Assembly: GCA_018062205.1 (NCBI GenBank)
Contig: JAGOSP010000004.1
Span: 198 to 64,197, forward strand
DNA: 64,000 nucleotides
From: Candidatus Moraniibacteriota bacterium
GTDB taxonomy: Bacteria; Patescibacteriota; Minisyncoccia; Moranbacterales; UBA1568
Reading direction: 5' to 3'
Below the pieces are notes generated by a model. That model was not told where the DNA came from, searched no databases, and saw nothing but the letters and a program-made list of their open reading frames with translations. Positions 8,904-16,655 of the stretch are shown here, in pieces. The position numbers and the translations under genes were made by a program. How positions within the stretch are numbered: position 1 is the first letter of the stretch; each line of letters begins with the position of its first letter.

Positions 8904-10040
8904 TCAGTGCGTTGTCATGCGGGAAACATTGGGAGGATTGACTCCTTTTAGAATACTCCACATTCGTTGGAACGTTATCTCGCCGGAATTAATTGCTGCA
9001 TCCTCTTCCGGCGTAGACAAAATAAACTCACCCATGACTTCCATTCCACCAACGATACCTTGGAGGCCAGCAGACCTCGAGTAGCGATAATTTCGCGGGA
9101 CGAGGTAGAATGTGACTTGCGATTTTTCGTGAATTGCGATGAGATTGGCCGAAGCGGCATTGCCCACCGTGTTACTCCACTCACGCATGCGTCCGATGGT
9201 GGCGCGAATCGTGTTTTCGCGGTTACCGGTGATACGGAAGGTGGTCAGCGGGTAATGCTGCGTGTCTACAACAAGCACTGACGGGGAAATATCATCAGCT
9301 GGTGTGCCGATGGATTCATTGGCCTTTTGCTCGATTCTCCTGGCTGCGTGTTGGATAGGGAAAAGCCCATGACCAGCAGGACTCATGAACGCCTGAAAAT
9401 GAAGGTGCTCTTCGATGCTGGCTCCAGCACCAACTCCGTTGTAAAAGCAGATCCATTCGGGTAGTTTGACGGCGAGATCATAGAGATCTGTGACTATCCG
9501 GGTCATCTTCCCCAATTCCTCTTCGGGTTTCCCATGCCATGATTGCGGTGCGTGTTCGGTGGAGGCGATTGTCATATGTGTCGGCATGAAGGGGAATGGG
9601 TTGCACAGTGCCGCATAGCTATTCCCGTTTACATCGAAGAGAAAGTAAAACTGCACTCCTCTTGATTGCCAACCAACGTTTTCGTGACAGATAAAACATT
9701 TGGTGGAACGGGTGGTTTTAGTTGCGACTCCCTCGGGCGGAGTAACTCGTCCGTTTCCTTTGAAACGAAGGCGGCGATTGGGATTATATTGCCCAATAAA
9801 GAAGGCATCGTCGCCTCCATGGCACTGGAAGTAGCGCACGGCAGTCAGGTCGTCAATGATGAATCCACTGTCCATTTGTTGTGCATGCAGGAGTCTCAGG
9901 GCATCCGAAAGCGGATGCTTGTTGAGTATTGCCTGAAGTTCGGCACGGTTCCGTAGATAGATGGAATCAGTCCATCTCCCCATCGTAGAACGCCCATCGG
10001 GATTTTGATAATCCGGAAGCAGGACAATTTTTGTAGTCAT
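8904..10040 (-). CDS. HIT-superfamily nucleotide-sugar phosphorylase-like protein (GDP-L-galactose/GDP-D-glucose phosphorylase GDPGP1/VTC2-like)
   Basis: HIT variant motif HLHFQAF (HxHxQ, diagnostic of the GDPGP1/VTC2 branch). An upstream segment (CNPFPFMPTHM) is analogous to the VTC2 substrate loop. The gene is GC-rich (about 52%) relative to its neighbours. Confidence 0.55.
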   Translation of the reverse strand: MTTKIVLLPDYQNPDGRSTMGRWTDSIYLRNRAELQAILNKHPLSDALRLLHAQQMDSGFIIDDLTAVRYFQCHGGDDAFFIGQYNPNRRLRFKGNGRVTPPEGVATKTTRSTKCFICHENVGWQSRGVQFYFLFDVNGNSYAALCNPFPFMPTHMTIASTEHAPQSWHGKPEEELGKMTRIVTDLYDLAVKLPEWICFYNGVGAGASIEEHLHFQAFMSPAGHGLFPIQHAARRIEQKANESIGTPADDISPSVLVVDTQHYPLTTFRITGNRENTIRATIGRMREWSNTVGNAASANLIAIHEKSQVTFYLVPRNYRYSRSAGLQGIVGGMEVMGEFILSTPEEDAAINSGEITFQRMWSILKGVNPPNVSRMTTH

Positions 10041-10241
10041 TCTGTTCTCCTTGAGAAGAATCGACGAATCGATTCGGTTGTCAAAAAAACTTCACAGTGA
10101 AGGTACCTCGGTTCTGTTATTTTGTCAATCTGATTTTTTTAGGGGTTTACTCAATATTTGATTTAAGGGAGATGCTGATAGAGGAGTGAAATTTATGCTA
10201 GAATAAGTATGATAAATAATGAGATAGAAAGAAAAAATACT

Positions 10242-10679
10242 ATGGCAACAACCAGCATTTATCTCAATTTTTCTCGGAATACTGAAGAGGCTTTTCGTTT
10301 TTACCAGTCTGTTTTTGGAGGGGAATTTGTGGGAGGAATTCACCGCATGGGTGAGGTGCCGACACAAGAGGGTCAAACACCAATACAAGAAGAAGATAAA
10401 GACCTTGTCATGCATATTGCACTGCCGATTCTGGGAGGATGTCTGCTTATGGGAACTGATGCACCAGAATCAATGGGATTTAGATTGAATCAGGGAAATA
10501 ATGTGTATATTAATCTTGAGCCAGATACGCGCGATGAAGCCGATGCATTGTTTACGAAGCTCTCTCAGGGAGGGAGGGTAGAAATGCCACTTCGGGAAAT
10601 GTTTTGGGGGGATTATTTCGGTTCATGCGTTGATAAGTTCGGCATTCAGTGGATGTGTAATTGCTCACAGAAAGGATAG
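10242..10679 (+). CDS. VOC (glyoxalase/PhnB-like, 3-demethylubiquinone-9 3-methyltransferase family) protein
   Basis: MATTSIYLNF..AFRFYQSVFGG..MHIAL..YINLE..FWGDYFGSCVDKFGIQWM is the typical PhnB-like VOC pattern. Confidence 0.7.
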   Translation: MATTSIYLNFSRNTEEAFRFYQSVFGGEFVGGIHRMGEVPTQEGQTPIQEEDKDLVMHIALPILGGCLLMGTDAPESMGFRLNQGNNVYINLEPDTRDEADALFTKLSQGGRVEMPLREMFWGDYFGSCVDKFGIQWMCNCSQKG

Positions 10680-10682
10680 TCT

Positions 10683-11102
10683 ATGAAATCACAACTCACA
10701 GTAGAAGTGTTTGTACTTGTCTCTGTCGAAAAAGCTTGGCAATACTGGATTTTACCAAAATACATAACGCAGTGGTGCTTTGCTTCCGATGACTGGTCTG
10801 CACCGAGAGCGGAGAACGAACTTCGTGTTGGAGGGAAGCTTAAAACACGAATGGAGGCCAAAGACGGGAGCGGAGGATTCGACTTTGAGGGAATATACAC
10901 CGTTGTCGAAGAGAAGAAGAAACTGGAATATCTACTTGTTGGTGATGATACAAGAAGGGTGATAGTCGAATTTTTGGAACAAGATGGCGGGTGCATAATC
11001 AGGGAAACGTTTGATGCCGAAGAAATGAATTCGCTCGAAATGCAAAAGAATGGCTGGCAATCAATCTTGAATAATTTTAAGAAGCTTGTTGAAACAGCTT
11101 AA
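10683..11102 (+). CDS. SRPBCC/AHSA1 (activator of Hsp90 ATPase homolog-like) domain protein
   Basis: A 139-aa protein with the SRPBCC pattern (VEKAWQYWILPKYITQWCF...GGKL..RMEAKDGS..FEGIYTVVEE). Confidence 0.7.
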   Translation: MKSQLTVEVFVLVSVEKAWQYWILPKYITQWCFASDDWSAPRAENELRVGGKLKTRMEAKDGSGGFDFEGIYTVVEEKKKLEYLLVGDDTRRVIVEFLEQDGGCIIRETFDAEEMNSLEMQKNGWQSILNNFKKLVETA

Positions 11103-11174
11103 AAAAACTGTCTTCGTTGACAAGCAGATAGATCAAAGGGGAAGAAAAATCTTTGAGAGTAATGTGGGGAATAA

Positions 11175-11212
11175 AAAAACGACCAAGCTAGATGAGCGTT
11201 AGTCGTTTTTTT
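11175..11212. terminator. bidirectional hairpin between convergent genes
   Basis: AAAAAAACGAC-loop-GTCGTTTTTTT has A-run/T-run symmetry. The stem is short. Confidence 0.35.
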
Positions 11213-11226
11213 ATTCGTTTGTGTGA

Positions 11227-11652
11227 TTATTCTACAATAAGTGTTCCCCACTGGCCTTTTGCTCTATGGCCAGGTTTTGAGCAGTAGAAGACGAATTCGC
11301 CTGTTTTGTTAGCGGTAAACTCAATGACAACCTCTTCGTTCAGCGGGAGCTCTTTCTTGACGCCGAATTCATCTATCACAAAGTCATGCATGCCCTTGGT
11401 ATTGGTGGCTTTGATGTGTATGGTATCGCCTGCTTTCACGCGCATTTCTTTGAGCGAAAACCAGACGCCAGTTTCGTCGTAATAGGCAGTAGTGGAAAAT
11501 TCTTTGACCGACTCTGATATTTCCGTTGAGGATTTTTCCTGAGACATGCCATTTTTTTCAGTCTTTGTCGTCGTTGGTTTTTCATTTTGAAAAAAGAAAT
11601 AGCCAGCGAACGCAATACCAACGATAAGTATCAGTCCAATTATTTTTCCCAT
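11227..11652 (-). CDS. membrane-anchored cupredoxin (plastocyanin/azurin-like blue copper protein)
   Basis: N-terminal TM. Type-1 Cu ligand pattern: H (GMHDF), then C and H in FYCSKPGH. The axial position appears to be Gln (GQWG) instead of Met. Confidence 0.65.
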   Translation of the reverse strand: MGKIIGLILIVGIAFAGYFFFQNEKPTTTKTEKNGMSQEKSSTEISESVKEFSTTAYYDETGVWFSLKEMRVKAGDTIHIKATNTKGMHDFVIDEFGVKKELPLNEEVVIEFTANKTGEFVFYCSKPGHRAKGQWGTLIVE

Positions 11653-11932
11653 AAGAAGAGTGTGTGTGATGATTTAAGTCCCTCTGTTTGAGGTGGAGTT
11701 TATTATAGAATATTTTGGTTTGTTCTCAAAATGAAAGAGTATTTTCTTTTCCGAAATTTGTTTCACTGACGAAAAAAATCGTCAATAAATTTATAAATAA
11801 TAAGGCTTTTATAAGCCATAAGTATGCGTTCTATTTTGAGGAAAGCATGCTAATTTGCATGTCTCTCCTCATGGAATTTGACTTTCATTTACACTGCTCT
11901 TAAGCTCATTGACAACAAAAGAGGAAAAAATC

Positions 11933-13102
11933 ATGAAACGGTATCGGCGTGGATTGGTAGCGCTTTCGGCAGATCCAATAACCTTTGGGCATATAGACTT
12001 GATTCGACGAGCAAAGGATTTATGTGACTCTCTCGTGATTCTTGTGGCAAATAATGACCTGAAAGTTGGGAGTTATCTGTTCACTCTTGAAGAGCGAGTT
12101 GCGATAACGAAGGAAGCAGTTCAACAGGCAGGAATAGCAAATATCTATGTTATTGGATCGCAAAACCTTCTTGTTGATGTCTATATCCGCGAAGACTGCG
12201 ATATTGTTTTCCGTGGTATTCGAAACGAAAAGGATGCCGCCTTTGAAAAGGAGCAAATGGAGCTTCATGTACATATCTTGCCAGACCTCCAAGGCCGTAT
12301 AGAGTTTTTGGAATCACACGAAGAATATCGAATGATTTCCTCATCGCTTGTGAAGGCATTCGTACGGAGTCATGTGGACGTGTCTCGTTTTGTGCCAGCT
12401 TTTGTGAAGCAGCTTCTTGAGGAACGAATTTGTCAGCAGTACATTCTTGCTGTTACTGGATGTCAGGCGAATGGAAAGACTTATGTTGCGGAATCGCTTG
12501 CGAGAAATTTGGTCGAAAGTGGAATCGAATCGCATGTGATCAGCATTGATGTTTTACTCCGGACTCTCTATGACGAAGATTCGCTGGGGGCGCAGAAGAT
12601 CCGTTTAGCACTCTCTCAGTTGTTTGGGGACGATGTGTTGACTGCTGATCAGAAACAGGTGCGTCGATCGGTACTTAAAAAACGCATCTTTGATTCCGAA
12701 CAGGATACAGAGAAAAGAGAACTGCTGCATTCCCTAGTCGAGCCGCATATTGATCGTTTGTATCGGGAAGCACTAGCAGGGAAAAAGGGATTGATTATTT
12801 TTGAATGGGCGCAGCTCGCAGAAATGAAGATGTCTTTCTGGTCAAACCATCAGGTCATTGTTGTAACAAGCGATGACCAGAGATTGTTGGCGGAAATGAG
12901 AGAAATATCTTCGGAAAATCAATCGCAAATGGCAAATTTTCAGTGGAGTACTGAGGAAAAAATCAGGGCACTCTATCAGGCCGCGAACGAAGCGATGCAC
13001 GGTACAGTAGTCTCTTACACGAATCGAGTTGGTGACGAGGAATCAATGAATCGTCTCGCTCAAACAGTGCGAAAAATATTCCCAGCACTTGGGATGGTTT
13101 GA
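11933..13102 (+). CDS. coaD: bifunctional phosphopantetheine adenylyltransferase / dephospho-CoA kinase (CoaD-CoaE fusion)
   Basis: The N-terminal PPAT domain has (T/H)xGH as DPITFGHIDLIRRA. The C-terminal P-loop (GCQANGKT) and the DPCK-like layout (LFGDDVL..LKKRIFDS..HSLVEPHI..VIVVTSDDQRLLAEM) match CoaE. RBS AGAGGA. Confidence 0.75.
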   Translation: MKRYRRGLVALSADPITFGHIDLIRRAKDLCDSLVILVANNDLKVGSYLFTLEERVAITKEAVQQAGIANIYVIGSQNLLVDVYIREDCDIVFRGIRNEKDAAFEKEQMELHVHILPDLQGRIEFLESHEEYRMISSSLVKAFVRSHVDVSRFVPAFVKQLLEERICQQYILAVTGCQANGKTYVAESLARNLVESGIESHVISIDVLLRTLYDEDSLGAQKIRLALSQLFGDDVLTADQKQVRRSVLKKRIFDSEQDTEKRELLHSLVEPHIDRLYREALAGKKGLIIFEWAQLAEMKMSFWSNHQVIVVTSDDQRLLAEMREISSENQSQMANFQWSTEEKIRALYQAANEAMHGTVVSYTNRVGDEESMNRLAQTVRKIFPALGMV

Positions 13103-13113
13103 CGGAGGAAATC

Positions 13114-13905
13114 ATGGATATTGGTCAGTATGAAATTCTGAGAAAAATCGGAGAGGGAAGCTTTGGGCGAACCTTCGAAGGTCGGCACCACATTCTTGGT
13201 ATACCAGCCTGCATTAAACAGGAGCGAACTGGAGACCCTGTCTATCAGAGAATGTTTCGGGAGGAAGCGGAACTGCTCGCAAAGGTGCATCATATCTCGC
13301 TTCCGGCATTTCGCGATTATTTTGAGCTTCCGGATTTTGGTCAGGTGCTCGTGATGTCATATATTTCCGGCGAAAATCTTCGGAAACGGGTTGATCGGGA
13401 AGGCGCGATTGATGATGAGCATATCGCATGGATTCTTCAGCGTACACTCGACGCTTTATCATATCTTCATTTTCAGTGCATCGTGCACTGCGATGTGAAG
13501 CCAGAAAATCTGATTCTTCATTTGGAGGAACATAATGTTGTCTTGGTAGATTTCGGATTGGGAGTGATTCACTCCGATGCAAAGACGCTGGCTAAGGGGG
13601 GAACAGAAGCCTATATGCCTCCAGAATTCGGAAATGGGTTACCGCCAATCCCGGCATCAGATATTTATTCGATTGGGAAAACCGCAGTGTTTCTTTCGGG
13701 TGGCAATCCGATGACTGGGGCGCTTCCAAAAGACATGCACCCGCTGTTTGCAGAGTGCATACGAGCGATGATTCGTAAGGATCCATTCGCTCGGCCGCAG
13801 AATGCGCGCGATGTCAGTCGCCGCATAACAGAAATCCGTCGCCAAATTTTTGGTCGAACGGAAACAACCGAGTTGTTTAAACTTCGTGAGAGGAGTATAT
13901 CATGA
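13114..13905 (+). CDS. Hanks-type Ser/Thr protein kinase (kinase domain only)
   Basis: Gly loop GEGSFG. A Lys-containing ACIK segment, catalytic loop HCDVKPEN, and DFG. RBS GGAGG 5 nt upstream. Its stop overlaps the next gene start (ATGA). Confidence 0.85.
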   Translation: MDIGQYEILRKIGEGSFGRTFEGRHHILGIPACIKQERTGDPVYQRMFREEAELLAKVHHISLPAFRDYFELPDFGQVLVMSYISGENLRKRVDREGAIDDEHIAWILQRTLDALSYLHFQCIVHCDVKPENLILHLEEHNVVLVDFGLGVIHSDAKTLAKGGTEAYMPPEFGNGLPPIPASDIYSIGKTAVFLSGGNPMTGALPKDMHPLFAECIRAMIRKDPFARPQNARDVSRRITEIRRQIFGRTETTELFKLRERSIS

Positions 13906-14942
13906 GTGGCGCATTTGGATGGGCACGGGCAAATTCAGCGGATGCTGGCACGAGAGTGCATGGCCCGGACAATTTCGCGGGAGCCAAAGGAGCATATGGC
14001 GGTGGGGCGAAACGAGTCGATATCGGATTTGATTCGAATGATGGGAGAAGTCGTAAGATCGACGCATTCGCAAACAAGCTCGGACCAAAAACGATTCCGA
14101 ACGGGAAGAGTACGCTTTCGAGTACGGCAGCCAATGTTGTCATGGTAGTGCTCGATGTGACAGGGTCGATGCAGGAGTGGCCGCAAGAGATTTTCAGGCG
14201 GCTCCCGCTTCTCTATACCGATCTTGTCAGGTATCTCGGATCGGATGACTTGGAAGTCCTCTTCATCGCCCATGGTGATGCGAGTGGATCAGACCGGTAT
14301 CCGGTGCAGGTAGGACGATTCGCACGTGGCGCGGAACTCGATGCAGTCCTTGCTTCGCTGGAACGCGAGGGCGGCGGGAGTGGCCGCGAATCACAACGTG
14401 AATCACAAGAGCTCATTGCTTACTACATGGTTGAGCGTATCGATACGACGTCGGCACAGAATGTCTTTGTCTTCTTCGTCACCGATGAAGCTGGCTATGA
14501 CACAGTGACTGCTTCGCAAGTTGATCAGCTTCTGGGAGTCCCGATGAATCATGAGCTTATCAGGACAGCGGATGTCTTTGCGAAGCTTTCGATTACGGCG
14601 GATGTGTATGCAGTGGTATGCGATACGAAGTCGTATGACAGTCCTCTGGCTCCAACCTGGTGGAAGAAAATGCTTGGTTCGGAACAAGTACTTCTGCTCG
14701 ATGATGCACGGCGGATTGTCGATGTATTGCTTGGGGTGATGGCTGGAAAAGTGGGGAAAGATCATGAATTTGATCAAGATCTCACAAGGCGTCAGGTCGG
14801 TATGCCACATGGGTATGCCAATATCGCAAATGTGCACAAGACGCTGGCAATTGTCCGAAGAGGTGGGAAAACAAGGCTTCTCCTGCCCCCGGATGTATCA
14901 GGGTCGCATAGCAAGAAGACGCGCTCCTTGCTGGATGATTGA
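13902..14942 (+). CDS. von Willebrand factor A (vWA) domain protein (TerY-like) with Gly-rich N-terminus
   Basis: MIDAS motif VVLDVTGSM. Translationally coupled to the kinase. RBS AGGAG. The gene is GC-rich. Confidence 0.75.
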   Translation: MSGAFGWARANSADAGTRVHGPDNFAGAKGAYGGGAKRVDIGFDSNDGRSRKIDAFANKLGPKTIPNGKSTLSSTAANVVMVVLDVTGSMQEWPQEIFRRLPLLYTDLVRYLGSDDLEVLFIAHGDASGSDRYPVQVGRFARGAELDAVLASLEREGGGSGRESQRESQELIAYYMVERIDTTSAQNVFVFFVTDEAGYDTVTASQVDQLLGVPMNHELIRTADVFAKLSITADVYAVVCDTKSYDSPLAPTWWKKMLGSEQVLLLDDARRIVDVLLGVMAGKVGKDHEFDQDLTRRQVGMPHGYANIANVHKTLAIVRRGGKTRLLLPPDVSGSHSKKTRSLLDD

Positions 14943-15012
14943 AAGAAATGAAAACGCGGCACTCCCTGGAATCTCAGGGGTGCCGCTTTTTTTGCCTACC
15001 AATTATGCGTGT

Positions 15013-15570
15013 CTATTCCCTGGTGAACTTCGCGAATTCACGCTCCCATGTTTCAAGAACGAGAGAGGAGATTGCTGGGTTGAGGAGTAGTTCCAAATCG
15101 CCGGGTCGCCTTTCCAAAAGGGCATCTCGGACTTCAGTTGCCGAAACTTTGGGGGTTTCTTTTCCAGCGAATCGGTTGATGATATGGAACGGTTTTCGTC
15201 CCTCCTCAATGAGCACACTCATTTCTTCTCTGCATCCGCCAACGAAGACTGTTCTTTCGGGGGCAAATCCAATGGCGCTGAGTATGCTGTCGATCGCCAT
15301 GAGCCATGACGAATTATCGTTATCAAAATCCGGCAAGGGGACTATGCTGAGTTCGGACTCGGGAAAAACTTTTCGCAGAAAAGATACTCGCTCTGCATAA
15401 CTAAAAAAATGCCGGATCGTTCGTGCATGCGAGGCACTTCCGATGAAAACGACACAGCGACCACTCCTCTCTATCATGCTGCGAATCATGGCCTCGTGAC
15501 CAGTATGAACTGGATTGAATCTGCCAACATAGGCCATTTCTGGCTTTTTAGTGGGTTTTTTAGTTGCCAT
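15013..15570 (-). CDS. nadM: nicotinamide-nucleotide adenylyltransferase, archaeal/NadM-type cytidylyltransferase fold
   Basis: GRFNPVHTGH matches the NMNAT (H/T)xGH signature (GRFQPFHxGH). 186 aa from the ATG at 15570, which has an AAGGAG RBS. The longer track ORF start at 15780 is rejected. Confidence 0.7.
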   Translation of the reverse strand: MATKKPTKKPEMAYVGRFNPVHTGHEAMIRSMIERSGRCVVFIGSASHARTIRHFFSYAERVSFLRKVFPESELSIVPLPDFDNDNSSWLMAIDSILSAIGFAPERTVFVGGCREEMSVLIEEGRKPFHIINRFAGKETPKVSATEVRDALLERRPGDLELLLNPAISSLVLETWEREFAKFTRE

Positions 15571-15797
15571 TGCTGATTCTCCTTGAGAGATGTCGCGCGG
15601 TTGAAAAGAACTGTAAATAAATAAGATATCATATACGTATACTTTTGTCAATGTCCGTGTTCTCGTTGTGTAGTTTGGAAGATAAAGATGCCGTTTGTGT
15701 AAAATACACGAAGTCTCATCGAATATTGAGAGGAAGATTTTTCTTGATATTTCTGTCGCTTCGCGATAGGATGCAGGCAATCGGCCATTACATTTTT

Positions 15798-16559
15798 ATG
15801 AGAAAAGAAATTAAAGAAGCATTGGAAAATCTTGGTTTTAGTACCAATGAGACTGCGGTGTATATCGCACTCACTCAGCTTGGAGAATCTCCAATAGCGA
15901 TTATTGCCAAGAAAGCGGAGCTTCCTCGGACAACCGTGGCGAGTATCTTGCTCCAGATGGCAAACAATGGATATGTTTCATCGCATGTCTATCGGAGGAA
16001 AACGTGGTATTGGGTTGAGTCTCCACGCACCATTGAAAGGATGCTTGAGAATCGAATTGCCATTGCCCAGGAATTGAACGGACTTCTGACGGATTTCTAT
16101 CGAAGCGAGGCGGATTTTCCGGAAGCAAAAGTGTTTGATACGAAAACTTCCATGAAAGCTTTTATTGAAAAACTCATGGTAACCATGAAAGATGGGACAT
16201 TGATTTTGACTTTGGATACCCCAGGTGCCGCTAACTATACAAAAATTTATTCTGAGAATTTTGATCTTGTTTTACGAGAAATAAAACGGAAGAAGAAAAT
16301 CATTACACATACACTTATTCCAATGGGCACGGGAGCAAGGATTGATCCGAGAAAATTGATGAATCGAGGAATTACTCTTCGTGAAATGCCAGCTGGGGTA
16401 CAGGGGTTTCAGGCTTCATTTTGGATTATTGATGATTTGTTTGTACAATTTTCTGGGCGATATCCCTTTATTGTTTCGGTACGACATTCTTTGATTGCCG
16501 AAAGTATGCGAGCGATTTTCCAGTATCTCTGGTCTGTTTCCACACCGGTAAAAAAATAA
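15798..16559 (+). CDS. TrmB-family wHTH transcriptional regulator-like protein
   Basis: N-terminal LGFSTNETAVYIALTQLGESPIAIIAKKAELPRTTVASILLQM is a TrmB-type wHTH. The start was taken at the internal ATG 15798. Confidence 0.55.
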   Translation: MRKEIKEALENLGFSTNETAVYIALTQLGESPIAIIAKKAELPRTTVASILLQMANNGYVSSHVYRRKTWYWVESPRTIERMLENRIAIAQELNGLLTDFYRSEADFPEAKVFDTKTSMKAFIEKLMVTMKDGTLILTLDTPGAANYTKIYSENFDLVLREIKRKKKIITHTLIPMGTGARIDPRKLMNRGITLREMPAGVQGFQASFWIIDDLFVQFSGRYPFIVSVRHSLIAESMRAIFQYLWSVSTPVKK

Positions 16560-16655
16560 CGCGGAAAAACGTTTTCCGTTAGGAATGTGTTTTGCTAATT
16601 GAAGGAAATGGCTGGGTTTTTCAAGAAAGAAAGACACTTTTTTTGGAAACTTTTC

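Noticed and set aside
8734-9281. Plus-strand ORFs 8734..9084 and 8967..9281
   Set aside because: They lie inside the GC-rich minus-strand GDPGP1-like gene. They have no RBS or domain content and are typical GC-driven shadow ORFs.
14403-14837. Minus-strand 144-aa ORF inside the vWA gene
   Set aside because: A shadow ORF in GC-rich coding sequence. The vWA frame has a clear MIDAS motif.
15571-15780. N-terminal 70-aa extension of the NadM ORF in the ORF track
   Set aside because: An internal ATG at 15570 has an AAGGAG RBS and gives a canonical 186-aa NMNAT. The extension is AT-rich and lacks conservation-like features.
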